A stretch of 64,000 nucleotides of DNA from Clostridia bacterium. GTDB taxonomy: Bacteria > Bacillota > Clostridia > UMGS1883. Every line of letters starts with the position of its first letter. The first letter of the stretch is position 1. The stretch covers positions 12,662 to 76,661 of the forward strand of contig JAFVPB010000044.1 of NCBI GenBank assembly GCA_017505525.1, in the 5' to 3' direction. The position numbers and the translations under genes were made by a program. Of the stretch, positions 37,415-48,202 are shown piece after piece. The notes beneath the pieces are model-generated. The model saw nothing but the letters and a program-made list of their open reading frames with translations, was not told where the DNA came from and did no database searches.

Positions 37415-38440
37415 TTATATAAATTTATACGATGTAACAGAATTGAATTTTTCGCCTTTTTTCAGAATTGATGATGGAAAATGAGAAAATTTAAGATTCC
37501 CCGGGAAAGCCTGTGTTTCAAAACAAACACCGCTGTATCTTTTGTAAAGCGCATTTCCTTTACACACTCTATTTCCCAGAATTTCGTTTGCTGTATATAC
37601 CTGTATTCCATCTCTATCGGTATAGATTTCCATCGCTATGCCTGATTTATCACCTTTTACAAACCCAACTTTTCTGTATCCTGAGCCGTTAAGAATAAAA
37701 TTATGGTCAATTCCAGAGGAAGCTATTATTTGCTTATCTGAACTTAGAATTCGATTTTTAAAGGAAGATTCTTCGTTGAAATCAAATACGGTTCCTTTGA
37801 CGCTTAATATTTCTCCATTTGTTGTTTCGTTATCACCATTTGGTGTGTAAAAATCACTATAAAGAAAAAGAGAATGATTTAAAATATCGCCTTTTTCATG
37901 CCCGTTTAAATTAAAATAGGTATGATTGGTTAGGTTCACCACAGTATCAGCATCGCTTTCAGCCTCATAATGAATTTTTATACCGTTATCTTCCGTTAAA
38001 GTATATGTTACTTTAACAGTAAGATTACCGGGAAACCCCTCTTCTCCATCCTCGCTTGTTGTTTTTAAGATAAGTGATGCTTCCTCATCTTCAACGAGTT
38101 CCGCTTCCCAAATCTTTTTATCAAAACCGTTTATTCCACCATGATGATTATCTTTACCACTGTTGCTTGTTAATTTATATTTTTTACCATTAATATTAAA
38201 TTCTGAATTAACAATTCTATTAGCATTTCGTCCGATTATTGCACCAAAATAGTCATCATTAGTTAAATAATCTTCAAACGTGTCAAATCCAAGACATATA
38301 TCAGTATTTTTATAAATTAAGCGCTTTATAATTCCACCATAGTTCAATATTTCAGCAGATAATCCTTTGCCATTTGAGAGAAAAAAGGAATATATTTTTT
38401 TACCATTATACTCTGCAATCAATTCTTTTTTAATTCTCAT
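37415..38440 (-). CDS. aldose 1-epimerase (galactose mutarotase family)
   Basis: Start taken at MRIKKELI; the track ORF is extended to 38527. The family's conserved His/Glu catalytic residues are present. Confidence 0.8.
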   Translation of the reverse strand: MRIKKELIAEYNGKKIYSFFLSNGKGLSAEILNYGGIIKRLIYKNTDICLGFDTFEDYLTNDDYFGAIIGRNANRIVNSEFNINGKKYKLTSNSGKDNHHGGINGFDKKIWEAELVEDEEASLILKTTSEDGEEGFPGNLTVKVTYTLTEDNGIKIHYEAESDADTVVNLTNHTYFNLNGHEKGDILNHSLFLYSDFYTPNGDNETTNGEILSVKGTVFDFNEESSFKNRILSSDKQIIASSGIDHNFILNGSGYRKVGFVKGDKSGIAMEIYTDRDGIQVYTANEILGNRVCKGNALYKRYSGVCFETQAFPGNLKFSHFPSSILKKGEKFNSVTSYKFI

Positions 38441-38450
38441 ATTAAATCCT

Positions 38451-38840
38451 TTATAAGCTAACAGGTCTATAAATAAAGTGGAGAAGATTTCCTTCGGGAT
38501 CTCTGAAAAAGAACGTTTTAACACCATTTGGGGCTTCGCTTACATCTGCTTCAATCTTGAGCCCCATACTCTTTATTCTGTTAACTTCATAGTCAAAATC
38601 ATCTTTTGAAACAGAAAGAGCAATATGCCTTAACCCAATAGCTGATGTATCCCAAGGCTGAACTCCGCTTTTAAATTTCATTATTTCAAAAACTGTACCA
38701 TCATTCGCCCTAATAAAGTATACACCTTCACCGTTATCAAAAACAACTGAAAAATTAAAGGTTTCTACATACCATTTACAAAGTGCAGATGTATCCTTAG
38801 CACAAATTGCAATATGTTCAATTCCGTTAATCATTAGCAA
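38451..38840 (-). CDS. VOC/glyoxalase-family protein
   Basis: 129 aa. The paired beta-alpha-beta-beta-beta modules with H/E metal ligands (IEHIAI...; LRHIAL...FRDPEGN) are typical of the family. Confidence 0.7.
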   Translation of the reverse strand: MLMINGIEHIAICAKDTSALCKWYVETFNFSVVFDNGEGVYFIRANDGTVFEIMKFKSGVQPWDTSAIGLRHIALSVSKDDFDYEVNRIKSMGLKIEADVSEAPNGVKTFFFRDPEGNLLHFIYRPVSL

Positions 38841-38846
38841 TCTCCC

Positions 38847-39779
38847 TTAGCCGATTATATTCTCTTTTCTTAAAACAGAACCTACAAGCAATTTACAAAG
38901 ATGCTCTTTCATTTCTTCGGCGAGTTTTATATACGAGTCCTGTCCAAGTTCGTGAACAATCTGCTTTTGTCCCATTTTAAAGCCGCGCATTTCCATAATA
39001 AGCTTATAACCTGCAGGGAAAGCAATACTATCTGCCAGTCTTATAAGCGAAAGATAAGAACTATTTAATTCCTGTGCGCCTTTAATATCACCACTGTTAA
39101 ATCTTTTATAGATTTCAGCGTTAATTTCTGGAAGAATAGTGGAAAATGCTGTCATACTTCCAACACAACCTGCTGTAAGAGCAGGAACAAGGCAATCATC
39201 AGTACCCGAAAGAACAGAAAACTCGGGACGTCTCTGCTTTTTAATATCAATAAGATGTGCAATTCTCTTCATATGGGCACTTGAATCTTTAATTCCAATA
39301 ATTCTTTCTTCCTCTAAAAGCTTTGTAAATGATTTTATTGAAATCTCGCCTGTAAACATTGGAATATTATAAAGAATAATATCGATAATATTTTCACGTG
39401 CAAGCCTTTTGAAATACTCGTAAACATCTTCCTGGGGCATAGTGATATAGTAAGGAACGCAAATAACCGCTGCATCATACCCCGCATCTGCCGCTGCTTT
39501 CATATAGGAAACGGTGGTATCAAAATTTGAACTGCAGGCACCTGCTGCCATTTGTTTTCTTTTGTTAGCAACTTTAGCCGTTCTTTTTAAAATCTCGATA
39601 TTTTCCTCTGGTGAAAGATGAATAAATTCACCCGTTGTAGCTGCTGGAAACAATCCGTCTATATCACTTTGACAAAGGAACTCGATTTCTCTTTCAAAAA
39701 CTTCAAAATTAACTTTTCCGTCTGCACCAAATGGAGTTAAAAGAACTCCGAACGCACCTGTTGGTCTGTAGTTACCCAT
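38847..39779 (-). CDS. DapA-family class I aldolase (2-keto-3-deoxy-sugar-acid aldolase / DHDPS-like)
   Basis: The GTTGE-type motif ATTGEF, a Schiff-base Lys and Y residues in family positions. Confidence 0.8.
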   Translation of the reverse strand: MGNYRPTGAFGVLLTPFGADGKVNFEVFEREIEFLCQSDIDGLFPAATTGEFIHLSPEENIEILKRTAKVANKRKQMAAGACSSNFDTTVSYMKAAADAGYDAAVICVPYYITMPQEDVYEYFKRLARENIIDIILYNIPMFTGEISIKSFTKLLEEERIIGIKDSSAHMKRIAHLIDIKKQRRPEFSVLSGTDDCLVPALTAGCVGSMTAFSTILPEINAEIYKRFNSGDIKGAQELNSSYLSLIRLADSIAFPAGYKLIMEMRGFKMGQKQIVHELGQDSYIKLAEEMKEHLCKLLVGSVLRKENIIG

Positions 39780-39794
39780 AAATATTCACTCCGT

Positions 39795-40820
39795 TTACTC
39801 AAAAACTATTACTGCCTTTATAAGACTCCTGTCGGTATTTTTTATTTGTTCAACTGCTTTTGGCAGTTCTTCTAAACTGTATTCATGCGTAACCATATCA
39901 CGCACATTAATCTGTCCACTTGATATAAGATTAACAAGTGGCTCCCATGCAAGATAATTTCCGCATACACCGTGAAGATTTAAATGCCTGAGAACAATTT
40001 CTGTTACGGGGAAATTAATTTTTTTATCTTCTCCCGGTATTCCGTAGAAGAATATATCTCCGCCATTTGCGCAAGCGCGAACTGCCATCTCTACAGAAGA
40101 TACTGAACCCGCCGCATCAATTGAATATCGTGCTCCAATACCGTTTGTTTCTTCCATAACTCTTTTATACACATCTTCATTCTGTGCATCAATAACAATA
40201 TCTGCTCCGAATTTCTTTGCATATTCTATTCTTTCACTTCCGCGCGCCGAAACAATTACTTTGGCAGCGCCACAACTTTTTGCAAGCTGAAGATATGCAA
40301 TTCCCGCAGGACCTGCTCCCTGTATGAATACAGTAGAGCCCATTTCGATTCCAAACCTGAGAATTGAACCTGAAGGACAAACTACGCTTTCGATAATTGC
40401 CCCCTCTTTATAAGAAATATTATCAGGTATTCTTACTAAGGCGTATTCCGGCACGACAACATATTCAGCATATCCTCCATTATGGGGATTAAAGCCAATT
40501 TCACTTCCGTTGGGGCACATTTCGTTTCTGCCCGATTTACACCACTCACATTTTCCACAGGAAATAACAGTATTTATAATAACTCTTTCCCCGATTTTAG
40601 CACTTGTTCTTTCGCCGCATTCTGCAATAACTCCACATATTTCATGGCCTAAAATGTGAGGAGGTGTTGCATGTTTAAATGCGCCTATAATAATATGCAC
40701 GTCTGTTGCACACACTCCTGCAGCTTTTACCTGCACTAAAACCTCTCCCTCTTTGGGAACGGGTTTTGGAACATCCTTTATTTCTATTTTATTATAATCA
40801 GTCCATACTGCTGCCTTCAA
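39795..40820 (-). CDS. zinc-dependent medium-chain dehydrogenase (sugar/polyol or threonine dehydrogenase-like)
   Basis: GHEICGV catalytic zinc site, a structural Zn Cys cluster CGKCEWCKSGRNEMC, and GAGPAG as the NAD site. Confidence 0.85.
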   Translation of the reverse strand: MKAAVWTDYNKIEIKDVPKPVPKEGEVLVQVKAAGVCATDVHIIIGAFKHATPPHILGHEICGVIAECGERTSAKIGERVIINTVISCGKCEWCKSGRNEMCPNGSEIGFNPHNGGYAEYVVVPEYALVRIPDNISYKEGAIIESVVCPSGSILRFGIEMGSTVFIQGAGPAGIAYLQLAKSCGAAKVIVSARGSERIEYAKKFGADIVIDAQNEDVYKRVMEETNGIGARYSIDAAGSVSSVEMAVRACANGGDIFFYGIPGEDKKINFPVTEIVLRHLNLHGVCGNYLAWEPLVNLISSGQINVRDMVTHEYSLEELPKAVEQIKNTDRSLIKAVIVFE

Positions 40821-40832
40821 AAAACCACCTCA

Positions 40833-41492
40833 TTAAATAACAAAATATTCAAGTTCAAGAGGATACAAAAATAAATTTTGAGCCCCGTTTTCAGCAACTA
40901 TATAATTATCTTCAACTCTGATACCGAATTTATCTTTAAAATAAATTCCCGGCTCAAGAGTTACAAAATCATTTAAAGATATTATTTCGTTTCTTTCAGG
41001 AAGAAACTGAGGTTGCATAACTCTTTCTATACCAAACAAATGACCTGCATGGTGCGGGAAATTTTCCTCAAAAGGTGCAAAAGCATTTCTTACAACAGAA
41101 TAAACGTCGTTTGCACACACGCCATCTTTTAATACATTCTCTCCTGTATTTTTTGCACAAAGACAAAGCTCATATGCCTTTGAAACCTCAGGAGCAGGCG
41201 TTCCAACAAAAAATGTTCGAGTAGTGTCGGTCCACACTCCTTGATATTTAAACTGCAAATCTAAAATAAGAGTGTCTCCGTCTTTTAAAACATAGTCTGT
41301 TGCATCGCCCTCAATTTCAGCAGTTCTCACTCCGCCCACTATATCTCCTGAAAAGTCTTCTGCACCAGCACAAGCCGAAAGTATAATATCTTTTATGTTT
41401 TTTTCACTCATACCGCGCTTGAAATTGTTTTTAACACTTTCATATGCCAAAGCATTAAATTCCAAAGCTTTTATTATTTTTTTCTTCATCAC
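40833..41492 (-). CDS. short M24-family (creatinase/prolidase-fold) protein, catalytic domain only
   Basis: 219 aa with the pita-bread metal ligands D, D, H, E and E (HHAGHLFG...E...E). Confidence 0.65.
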   Translation of the reverse strand: MMKKKIIKALEFNALAYESVKNNFKRGMSEKNIKDIILSACAGAEDFSGDIVGGVRTAEIEGDATDYVLKDGDTLILDLQFKYQGVWTDTTRTFFVGTPAPEVSKAYELCLCAKNTGENVLKDGVCANDVYSVVRNAFAPFEENFPHHAGHLFGIERVMQPQFLPERNEIISLNDFVTLEPGIYFKDKFGIRVEDNYIVAENGAQNLFLYPLELEYFVI

Positions 41493-42613
41493 GCATCAAC
41501 TCTATAGAAGTTAAGAACTTCTTCATCAAGTTCAATTCCAAGACCGGGCTTGTTAGGAATATTTACAACACCATTTTCATCGATTGTGAAGTGCTTTTTA
41601 ACAAGAGTTTTACTAAGCACTGTTTCCTGATTTACGTATTCAAGCCAAAGAGCATTTGGAGTATTGGCAATAATATGAAGAGATGCACTCATAAGAATAC
41701 CAGTTTTAAATGCATGAGGAATTAAAGTAATTCCCTTCTTATATGCCATATCAATAATTTTCTTAGCAATTGTAATACCACCACAACGGCTGATATCAGG
41801 CTGAATTATATCAATATTACAGTTGTTTATAAGTTCATCAAATTCAAATAAGGTTCCGATTTCTTCTCCGGCAGAAATTCTCATATCAGTGCTTTCGCAA
41901 AGTCTTTTATAATGATCAAGATAGTCGGGCTTGAATGGTTCTTCTACCCAGTAAACGCCATAATCCTTAAAAGCATTACAAAGATTTACTGCACCCTTTA
42001 AATCCTTCCATACCATACCGATATCAATCATTAATTCAGGCTTGTCGCCCATTGCTTTTCTTGCAGTCTTAACAAGGTGCAGATCTTTTTCAGGCGACTG
42101 ACCAAGAGCACCCCAACCAAATTTAATACCCTTGTATCCCTGAGGAAGATATGTATCTGCTATTCTTTTAATCTCATCTTCTGATTCAGGCATCAAAACG
42201 CTGCAGTATGCCTGAATGCTATCGCGGAAAGAACCACCAAGAAGCTTATGAACAGGAAGACCTGTAGCCTTGCCCATAATATCCCATATAGCCATATCAA
42301 TACCGCTCATAGCATGGATAACAACGCTTCTTCTACCGTGGTAGTAAGCAAGGTCATACATCTTATGCCAGATCTTTTCAACATCAAATGGGTCTTCTCC
42401 GATTACTGCATGTTTAAGACCCATGCATACCATATGTGATGCTGGAGCCTCTATAACGCTTTTCACAACATAAGGAGATGAATCAACTTCACCCACACCA
42501 ACAATACCTTCGTCGGTATAAACTTTTATAACTACAGTATCCTGACTTCCGTCGCCAATCAATTCTATTTCTTTCTGCTTTACAATTATTGCCTCAACAT
42601 TTGTAATTTTCAT
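41489..42613 (-). CDS. enolase-superfamily acid-sugar dehydratase (mandelate racemase/D-galactonate dehydratase-like)
   Basis: The N-terminal YTDEGIVGVGE capping domain and barrel ligands D(IDIGM), E(EEP) and E(AGEE). Confidence 0.85.
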   Translation of the reverse strand: MKITNVEAIIVKQKEIELIGDGSQDTVVIKVYTDEGIVGVGEVDSSPYVVKSVIEAPASHMVCMGLKHAVIGEDPFDVEKIWHKMYDLAYYHGRRSVVIHAMSGIDMAIWDIMGKATGLPVHKLLGGSFRDSIQAYCSVLMPESEDEIKRIADTYLPQGYKGIKFGWGALGQSPEKDLHLVKTARKAMGDKPELMIDIGMVWKDLKGAVNLCNAFKDYGVYWVEEPFKPDYLDHYKRLCESTDMRISAGEEIGTLFEFDELINNCNIDIIQPDISRCGGITIAKKIIDMAYKKGITLIPHAFKTGILMSASLHIIANTPNALWLEYVNQETVLSKTLVKKHFTIDENGVVNIPNKPGLGIELDEEVLNFYRVDA

Positions 42614-42731
42614 AATATTTCCTCCAAATTAAAATTTATAAAACACCATTAAAATTGTAACACAACAATATAGTTCAGTCAAGAAAATAAAACAATTATA
42701 CCAAATGTTAAAACATATATACCAAAAAAAT

Positions 42732-42760
42732 ATCGTGAGAGATGATTAATCCCTCACGAT
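42732..42760 (-). terminator. intrinsic terminator downstream of the yneA-like gene
   Basis: atcgtgagagatgattaatccctcacgat hairpin, followed by a U-run (ttttttt) on the minus strand. Confidence 0.75.
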
Positions 42761-42765
42761 ATGAA

Positions 42766-43083
42766 TTAAATATCAGGCACATAAACGGTTTGGCCTACAT
42801 AGATATGAGAATTATCTATACCATTATTTTTTGATATTTCATAAACGTATTCAGCGATATCAATACCCTCAGGTTTATGTTCTTTTGCGATGCTCCAGAG
42901 AGTGTCTCCTGCTTTAACGGTGATAGCCTTAACCCCTTTCTTATCAGCTGAATTTGCACTAAGAGAAAACACAACTGTAGAAATTATAAACATTAAAACA
43001 AACATTAATAAAAGTGCTTTGCTACGCTGTGCTTTAAGCTTTTGCTGTCTTCTTAATTTTCTTAATTTACTGCTTGTATTCAT
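42766..43083 (-). CDS. YneA-like SOS cell-division inhibitor (N-terminal TM anchor + C-terminal LysM)
   Basis: 105 aa from MNTSSKL with RBS GGAGG. LysM is ITVKAGDTLWSIAKEH...YVGQTVYVP. Two LexA boxes lie upstream. The longer track ORF (to 43101) is judged to read through the RBS. Confidence 0.7.
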   Translation of the reverse strand: MNTSSKLRKLRRQQKLKAQRSKALLLMFVLMFIISTVVFSLSANSADKKGVKAITVKAGDTLWSIAKEHKPEGIDIAEYVYEISKNNGIDNSHIYVGQTVYVPDI

Positions 43084-43097
43084 AATACAACCTCCAA

Positions 43098-43142
43098 ACA
43101 TCTGTTCGCTTTATGTTTATATAATAACAGAACATTTGTTCG
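43098..43142. promoter_or_regulatory. tandem LexA (Cheo) boxes: AGAACATTTGTTCG (43129-43142) and weaker AAACATCTGTTCG (43098-43110)
   Basis: The distal box is GAAC-N4-GTTC with flanks matching CGAACRNRYGTTYC. The proximal box overlaps the RBS and start of the LysM gene. Confidence 0.7.
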
Positions 43143-43178
43143 GTGTCAATACTTTATTTTAAAATTTTTAAAAAAATT

Positions 43179-43209
43179 GAGATGCTTAAAAACTACATTT
43201 AAGCATCTC
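43179..43209 (-). terminator. intrinsic terminator after SASP gene
   Basis: gagatgcttaaa-N7-tttaagcatctc is a 12-bp stem followed by a U-run on the minus strand. Confidence 0.8.
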
Positions 43210-43224
43210 AATATCCACTTTAAA

Positions 43225-43419
43225 TTATTTCATTGAGTTTTCGTAAGCGCTGATCATCTTCTTAACCATCTGTCCGCCTACTGAACCGTTTTCTCTGCTT
43301 GTCTTGTCTCCGTTGTAGCCCTGATTAAGAGTTACACCAACTTCACTTGCTGCTTCCATCTTGAAGCGGTTAAGTGCTTCTCTTGCTTCAGGTACTAATG
43401 TTTTTGAATTTCTGCTCAT
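43225..43419 (-). CDS. alpha/beta-type small acid-soluble spore protein
   Basis: 64 aa from MSRNSK. Both conserved SASP blocks are present (EAREALNRFKMEAASE and GSVGGQMVKKMI). Confidence 0.9.
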   Translation of the reverse strand: MSRNSKTLVPEAREALNRFKMEAASEVGVTLNQGYNGDKTSRENGSVGGQMVKKMISAYENSMK

Positions 43420-43537
43420 TTTATTTTTCTCCTTATAAATTATGTTAAGCAAAGTTAAACTTCAAGTTCAAATGTTTAACAATTAAGCTTACGTTCTTAT
43501 TTTTAAACAAGGAGAAAAATATATTCAGGTAATTTTT

Positions 43538-44461
43538 TCAATTTTCAAACAATGCGGCCGCAAAATCTTGTGGGTTAAACACCTGGAGGTCATCTATACC
43601 CTCTCCCACGCCCACAAACTTAACAGGAATTTCAAGTTTCTTGCAGATATTAATTACAATTCCGCCTTTTGCAGTTCCATCTAACTTAGTTAAAATAACT
43701 CCATCGAGTTCAGCCACCTTATTAAACTCTTCTGCCTGGTTAACTGCATTTTGCCCCGTAGTTGCATCAAGGACCAGAAGAACCTCTTTTCTTGATTCTG
43801 GGAGTTCTCGTTCAATCACTCTGTAAATTTTTTTAAGTTCTTCCATAAGATTCTTCTTATTATGAAGTCGTCCTGCCGTATCACAAATTAATACATCTGC
43901 CTCGCGTTTCTTCGAAGCATTACAAGCATCAAAAATAACGGCAGCAGGATCTGCACCCTCGGTAAGTCGAATAATATCAACATCATTTCTTTCTGCCCAG
44001 ATTTCAAGCTGATCTGCTGCTGCAGCACGAAAAGTGTCTGCGGCTGCAAGAACAACTTTTTTTCCTTCATTTTTGAACTTGTTGGTAAGTTTACCTATTG
44101 TTGTTGTTTTGCCAACTCCGTTAACTCCGATAACAAGAATTACTGTTGGTTTTGTATCAATATAAAGTTTTGTATCCTGTGATGAAAGTATTTCAGCGAT
44201 AATTAACTTAAGCTCACCTTTAACTTCCTCAGAATCAGTAATGTGTTTTTTCTTCACTCGTTCACGTAATTCTTCAGTAATTTCAGCAGAAACAATTCCA
44301 CCAAGATCTGCCATAATAAGAGCTTCTTCAAGTTCTTCAAAAAGCTCTTCATCTACTTTTTTAAACACAGAAAAAACATTATCTATCTTTTCCGTAAATG
44401 AGTTCCTTGTTTTTCCCAATCCATCTTTTAATCGAGCAAAAAGGCCTTTTTTTTCTTCCAT
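43538..44461 (-). CDS. ftsY: signal recognition particle receptor FtsY
   Basis: G-domain motifs GVNGVGKTT, DTAGR and TKLD. Confidence 0.95.
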   Translation of the reverse strand: MEEKKGLFARLKDGLGKTRNSFTEKIDNVFSVFKKVDEELFEELEEALIMADLGGIVSAEITEELRERVKKKHITDSEEVKGELKLIIAEILSSQDTKLYIDTKPTVILVIGVNGVGKTTTIGKLTNKFKNEGKKVVLAAADTFRAAAADQLEIWAERNDVDIIRLTEGADPAAVIFDACNASKKREADVLICDTAGRLHNKKNLMEELKKIYRVIERELPESRKEVLLVLDATTGQNAVNQAEEFNKVAELDGVILTKLDGTAKGGIVINICKKLEIPVKFVGVGEGIDDLQVFNPQDFAAALFEN

Positions 44462-44472
44462 AAAATCCTCCG

Positions 44473-47400
44473 TTATTCTTCAAATGCCACTTCGTCAAGT
44501 TTCATTGATAAAAGTCGGCTAACGCCACGTTCCTGCATTGTTACACCATATAATACATCGGCCGCTTCCATCGTACCTCTTCTGTGAGTAATTATAACAA
44601 ACTGTGTATTTGTGCCATAATTTCTTATATAATCGCCAAATCTATATACGTTTTCATCATCAAGAGCTGCTTCAATTTCGTCAAGCACAAGGAATGGTGC
44701 AGGTGAAACCTGAAGCAATGCAAAGAGAAGCGCAATTGCAGTAAGAGCATGTTCTCCACCTGAAAGCAATGATATGTTCTGAAGTTTCTTTCCGGGAGGC
44801 TGAACCTCTATTTCTATCGGACTTTCAAGCGTATCAAGGGGATTTAAAAGCTTAACCTCAGCTTTACCGCCACCAAAAAGGTCTGTAAAGCTCTTTTGGA
44901 AAAGTTTATTGATTATCTCAAATTTTTCGGCAAACTGTTCCCTCATTATTCCCATCATTTCGCCTATAAGCTTTTCAAGGTCTGCTTTTGCCTTTTCCAT
45001 ATCTGCTACCTGGGTTGTAAGGAACTCGTATCTTTCTTTAACTTCCTTATACTCTTCTATTGCATCAATATTAATATTTCCTAAAGAACGTATAATATTT
45101 TTAAGCTGGACTATACGCTTTTGCGCCTCAGGAAGAGAACCAATATCTTTTTTCTGTTCTAATGCATTATTATATGTAAGTTCGTAATCGTCCCACAATC
45201 TGTTTGATGCACTTTCAAGATCCTCTTCTATTTTAAGCTTTTTATTTTCAACTCGAACAACCTCGCCCTGAAGAACAAGAATGCGTTCGTTAAGGTCTTT
45301 TATGGCTTCACGAAGTTTTTCAAGTTCAACATCACTGCCACTGTTTTGTTCAACATACGCTTTTATCTCTTCTTTTGCAGTTTTAATTTTTTCAACAAAT
45401 TCAAGAGACAACTTTTCATTTTCTTCAAGACGTATATTCAGTTTTTCTATTGCTTCTTCCTCAGATTTACGAAGTAACAGCTTATCATTATAATCCGATT
45501 TTGAATTATGAAGATTCAAAATAACATCGTTAATACGCTCGTTCATAACATCTATGTCTTTTTGAGCATTATTAATTTCCATGCGTTTGTCTACTATTAA
45601 AACCGAATGCTTTTCTCTGTTTAAAATAGCTTTTCTTACTTCTTCTTGCTTCTGAGAAACAAAAGCATCTGCTTTTTCTATAAGAGCATCAGAACCCGAT
45701 ATAACTTCTAAAAGTTGTTTCTTGGAATTTGCTGTATCTGATTGTTGCGTTGAAATATTTGCTTTTTCTGTTTCAAGTTTTGAAAATCTTTCTTTTGCTA
45801 TACAAAGCAGATTTTCATTCATTTCTGATTCTGCCTTAAGTTTAAGAAGGTAGTTTTCTTTCTCGGCTAATTTTTCGCGTAAGATTTTTTCCTCTTCATA
45901 ATATTTTGAAGCCTTCTCCTCTGCTTCATCAATTTCATCCTCAAGCCTTTCAGATTTTTCATTAAGCTTATCACATTCAACTTTTAACGCATCAATTTCA
46001 TCTTTTCTTCCCAAAAGAGCCTGAGCTTTGTTTATACTTCCTCCCGTTACACTTCCACCCGGCTGTAAAAGCTCACCCGAAAGAGTAACAATTTTAAATT
46101 TATAATGAGTTGCTCTTGCTAGTTTCACAGCATTATCTATATTATCCATTATTACTGTGCGGCCTAACAGAGCTTCAATAACATCTTTAATATTATCATC
46201 ACAAGCAACAACATCACTTGCTATTTCCAAAGCACCGATGTTTTCCATCACACGTTTCTCATTGTCAAGACGTTTACCTTCTTGTGATGAAATCGGAAGA
46301 AACGTAACTCTTCCAAGGTGTTTTGCCTTTAAATATTCTATAGCTTCTTTAGCATCTTCTTCATTATTTACCACAATATTTTGCATTGTGTTTCCAAGGG
46401 CAGTTTCAATAGCAGTAATATACTTTTTATCTACAGCTATGAGGCTGCTTAAAACACCAATAAGATTTCCTGTGTATCTGTTTTCTGCTTTCGCTTTAAT
46501 AAGTTCTTTAACACCTCTTGAATAGCCGTCGAGTGCTTTTTCCATTTCTTCAAGCATTTTTAACCGACCCTGTTTCTCACCTAACGACTGTACAAGATTG
46601 TTGTATGAGGTTTTAAGTTCTGTTGACTTTTGAGCCTGTGCAAGATAATGTTTGTTGCAATCAAATACTTTATTATCATATTCTTCAGTTTCTTTTTCTG
46701 CCAACTGAATATCTTCACTAAGTTTTTCGCATTTTTTTGAAAGCTGATTTATATCATCCGAAGCAGAAGCTATATCAACCTCTATGGAAAATCTACGTGA
46801 TTCAATATTTTGAGTTATTAAATCAATGCTATCAATTCTTGTTTGGGCTTCACTTTTTTTGCGACGAAGATTTAATGCTTCATCTTTTGCGCTTTCAAGA
46901 GATGAATTGCGCTTATTAAGCTCTTCAAATAGTTCTTTATCAATAACTTCAAGCTTTTCAAGCTCTTCATTTAACATATTTTCTTTCTCAATAAGCTTTA
47001 ATTTTTCTTCCTCATAATTTGATTTCATCTTATGTAGACTGTCATCTTTTTGAGTCCAGCCTGAAATTTCAGCATCAATTCTCGAAATATTACTCTTGTG
47101 ATTTTCTATGCTGTTCTTAATAATAATTTTTTCGTTTCCAACGTTAACCGATGCAGCTTCAACCTCTGACAAGTGTTCTCGCTTTACATCTATTTCGCTG
47201 TTATGTTCTTTTATATCGTTATATAACTTATCGCTTTTTTCATTGTACTCATCAAGTTTTGATTTTGCTTCATTAAATTCTGTTTGTGCATTTTTATAAA
47301 GTTCGTCTGTTTTTTGTGCATCAATTCTTTTAGCATCAATTATTTCAAGAAGAGCACTAACTTCTATTCCCTTTAATTCTTCACGCAAGTCAAGATATTT

Positions 47401-48048
47401 TAGTGCTTTTTCACTTTGCTTTCTGAGAGGCTCTACTCTATCTGAAATTTCGGATAAAATATCACGAACCCTTACTAAATTATCTTCTGTATGTGAAAGT
47501 TTTCTTTCCGCCTCGTTCTTTCTGTACCTGTATTTTGATATTCCTGCAGCTTCTTCAAAAATTTGCCTTCTTTCATCCCCTTTTGAAGAAACGATTTCTG
47601 CGATTTTACCCTGTCCAACAATAGAATAACCATCTCTTCCAAGACCTGTGTCCATAAACATTTCGTTTATGTCTTTAAGCCTGCATGGAGTACGGTTTAT
47701 CATATATTCGCTTTCCCCGCTCCTGAAAACTCTTCTTGTTACCTCAACTTCATTATATTCACAAGAAAGAAAGTGAGTTGAGTTATCAAGAACAAGTGAA
47801 ACTTCGGCATAACCAAGAGGTTTTCTTTTTTGTGTCCCTGCAAAAATAACATCTTCCATTTTTCCGCCTCGAAGAGTTTTTGCACTCTGTTCACCCATAA
47901 CCCAGCGTACAGCATCAGAAATATTGCTCTTACCGCTTCCGTTTGGTCCGACTATAGCAGTAATACCTTGATGGACTTCTATCACCGTCTTATCGGCAAA
48001 AGATTTAAACCCCTGCAATTCTATTCTTTTCAGGTACATTTTAATCAC
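44473..48048 (-). CDS. smc: chromosome segregation protein SMC
   Basis: 1191 aa. N-terminal Walker [10 protein letters not shown], long coiled coils, a hinge, and the C-terminal LSGGE signature plus Walker [10 protein letters not shown]. Confidence 0.95.
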   Translation of the reverse strand: MIKMYLKRIELQGFKSFADKTVIEVHQGITAIVGPNGSGKSNISDAVRWVMGEQSAKTLRGGKMEDVIFAGTQKRKPLGYAEVSLVLDNSTHFLSCEYNEVEVTRRVFRSGESEYMINRTPCRLKDINEMFMDTGLGRDGYSIVGQGKIAEIVSSKGDERRQIFEEAAGISKYRYRKNEAERKLSHTEDNLVRVRDILSEISDRVEPLRKQSEKALKYLDLREELKGIEVSALLEIIDAKRIDAQKTDELYKNAQTEFNEAKSKLDEYNEKSDKLYNDIKEHNSEIDVKREHLSEVEAASVNVGNEKIIIKNSIENHKSNISRIDAEISGWTQKDDSLHKMKSNYEEEKLKLIEKENMLNEELEKLEVIDKELFEELNKRNSSLESAKDEALNLRRKKSEAQTRIDSIDLITQNIESRRFSIEVDIASASDDINQLSKKCEKLSEDIQLAEKETEEYDNKVFDCNKHYLAQAQKSTELKTSYNNLVQSLGEKQGRLKMLEEMEKALDGYSRGVKELIKAKAENRYTGNLIGVLSSLIAVDKKYITAIETALGNTMQNIVVNNEEDAKEAIEYLKAKHLGRVTFLPISSQEGKRLDNEKRVMENIGALEIASDVVACDDNIKDVIEALLGRTVIMDNIDNAVKLARATHYKFKIVTLSGELLQPGGSVTGGSINKAQALLGRKDEIDALKVECDKLNEKSERLEDEIDEAEEKASKYYEEEKILREKLAEKENYLLKLKAESEMNENLLCIAKERFSKLETEKANISTQQSDTANSKKQLLEVISGSDALIEKADAFVSQKQEEVRKAILNREKHSVLIVDKRMEINNAQKDIDVMNERINDVILNLHNSKSDYNDKLLLRKSEEEAIEKLNIRLEENEKLSLEFVEKIKTAKEEIKAYVEQNSGSDVELEKLREAIKDLNERILVLQGEVVRVENKKLKIEEDLESASNRLWDDYELTYNNALEQKKDIGSLPEAQKRIVQLKNIIRSLGNINIDAIEEYKEVKERYEFLTTQVADMEKAKADLEKLIGEMMGIMREQFAEKFEIINKLFQKSFTDLFGGGKAEVKLLNPLDTLESPIEIEVQPPGKKLQNISLLSGGEHALTAIALLFALLQVSPAPFLVLDEIEAALDDENVYRFGDYIRNYGTNTQFVIITHRRGTMEAADVLYGVTMQERGVSRLLSMKLDEVAFEE

Positions 48049-48202
48049 CTTGCTTTATCATTCATATTTAGTTATTATAACATATTTTCTGTTTCTAATC
48101 AAGTATTTTCCCTTTGATTATTATACGTAATTTTTATTAACCATATAGACATTTTACAAAGTTTGTTGTATAATTAAACAAGATTATATTAGGGGTATTA
48201 TT

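Noticed and set aside
42766-43101. Longer 111-aa version of the LysM ORF starting MFGGCIM
   Set aside because: The extension reads through the GGAGG RBS and a LexA box. MNTSSKL at 43083 with proper RBS spacing gives the YneA-like 105-aa protein.
44896-47299. Multiple 60-120 aa Ser/Phe/Leu-rich plus-strand ORFs
   Set aside because: They are antisense shadows of the 3.6-kb smc gene, whose coiled-coil codon bias is GAA/AAA-rich.
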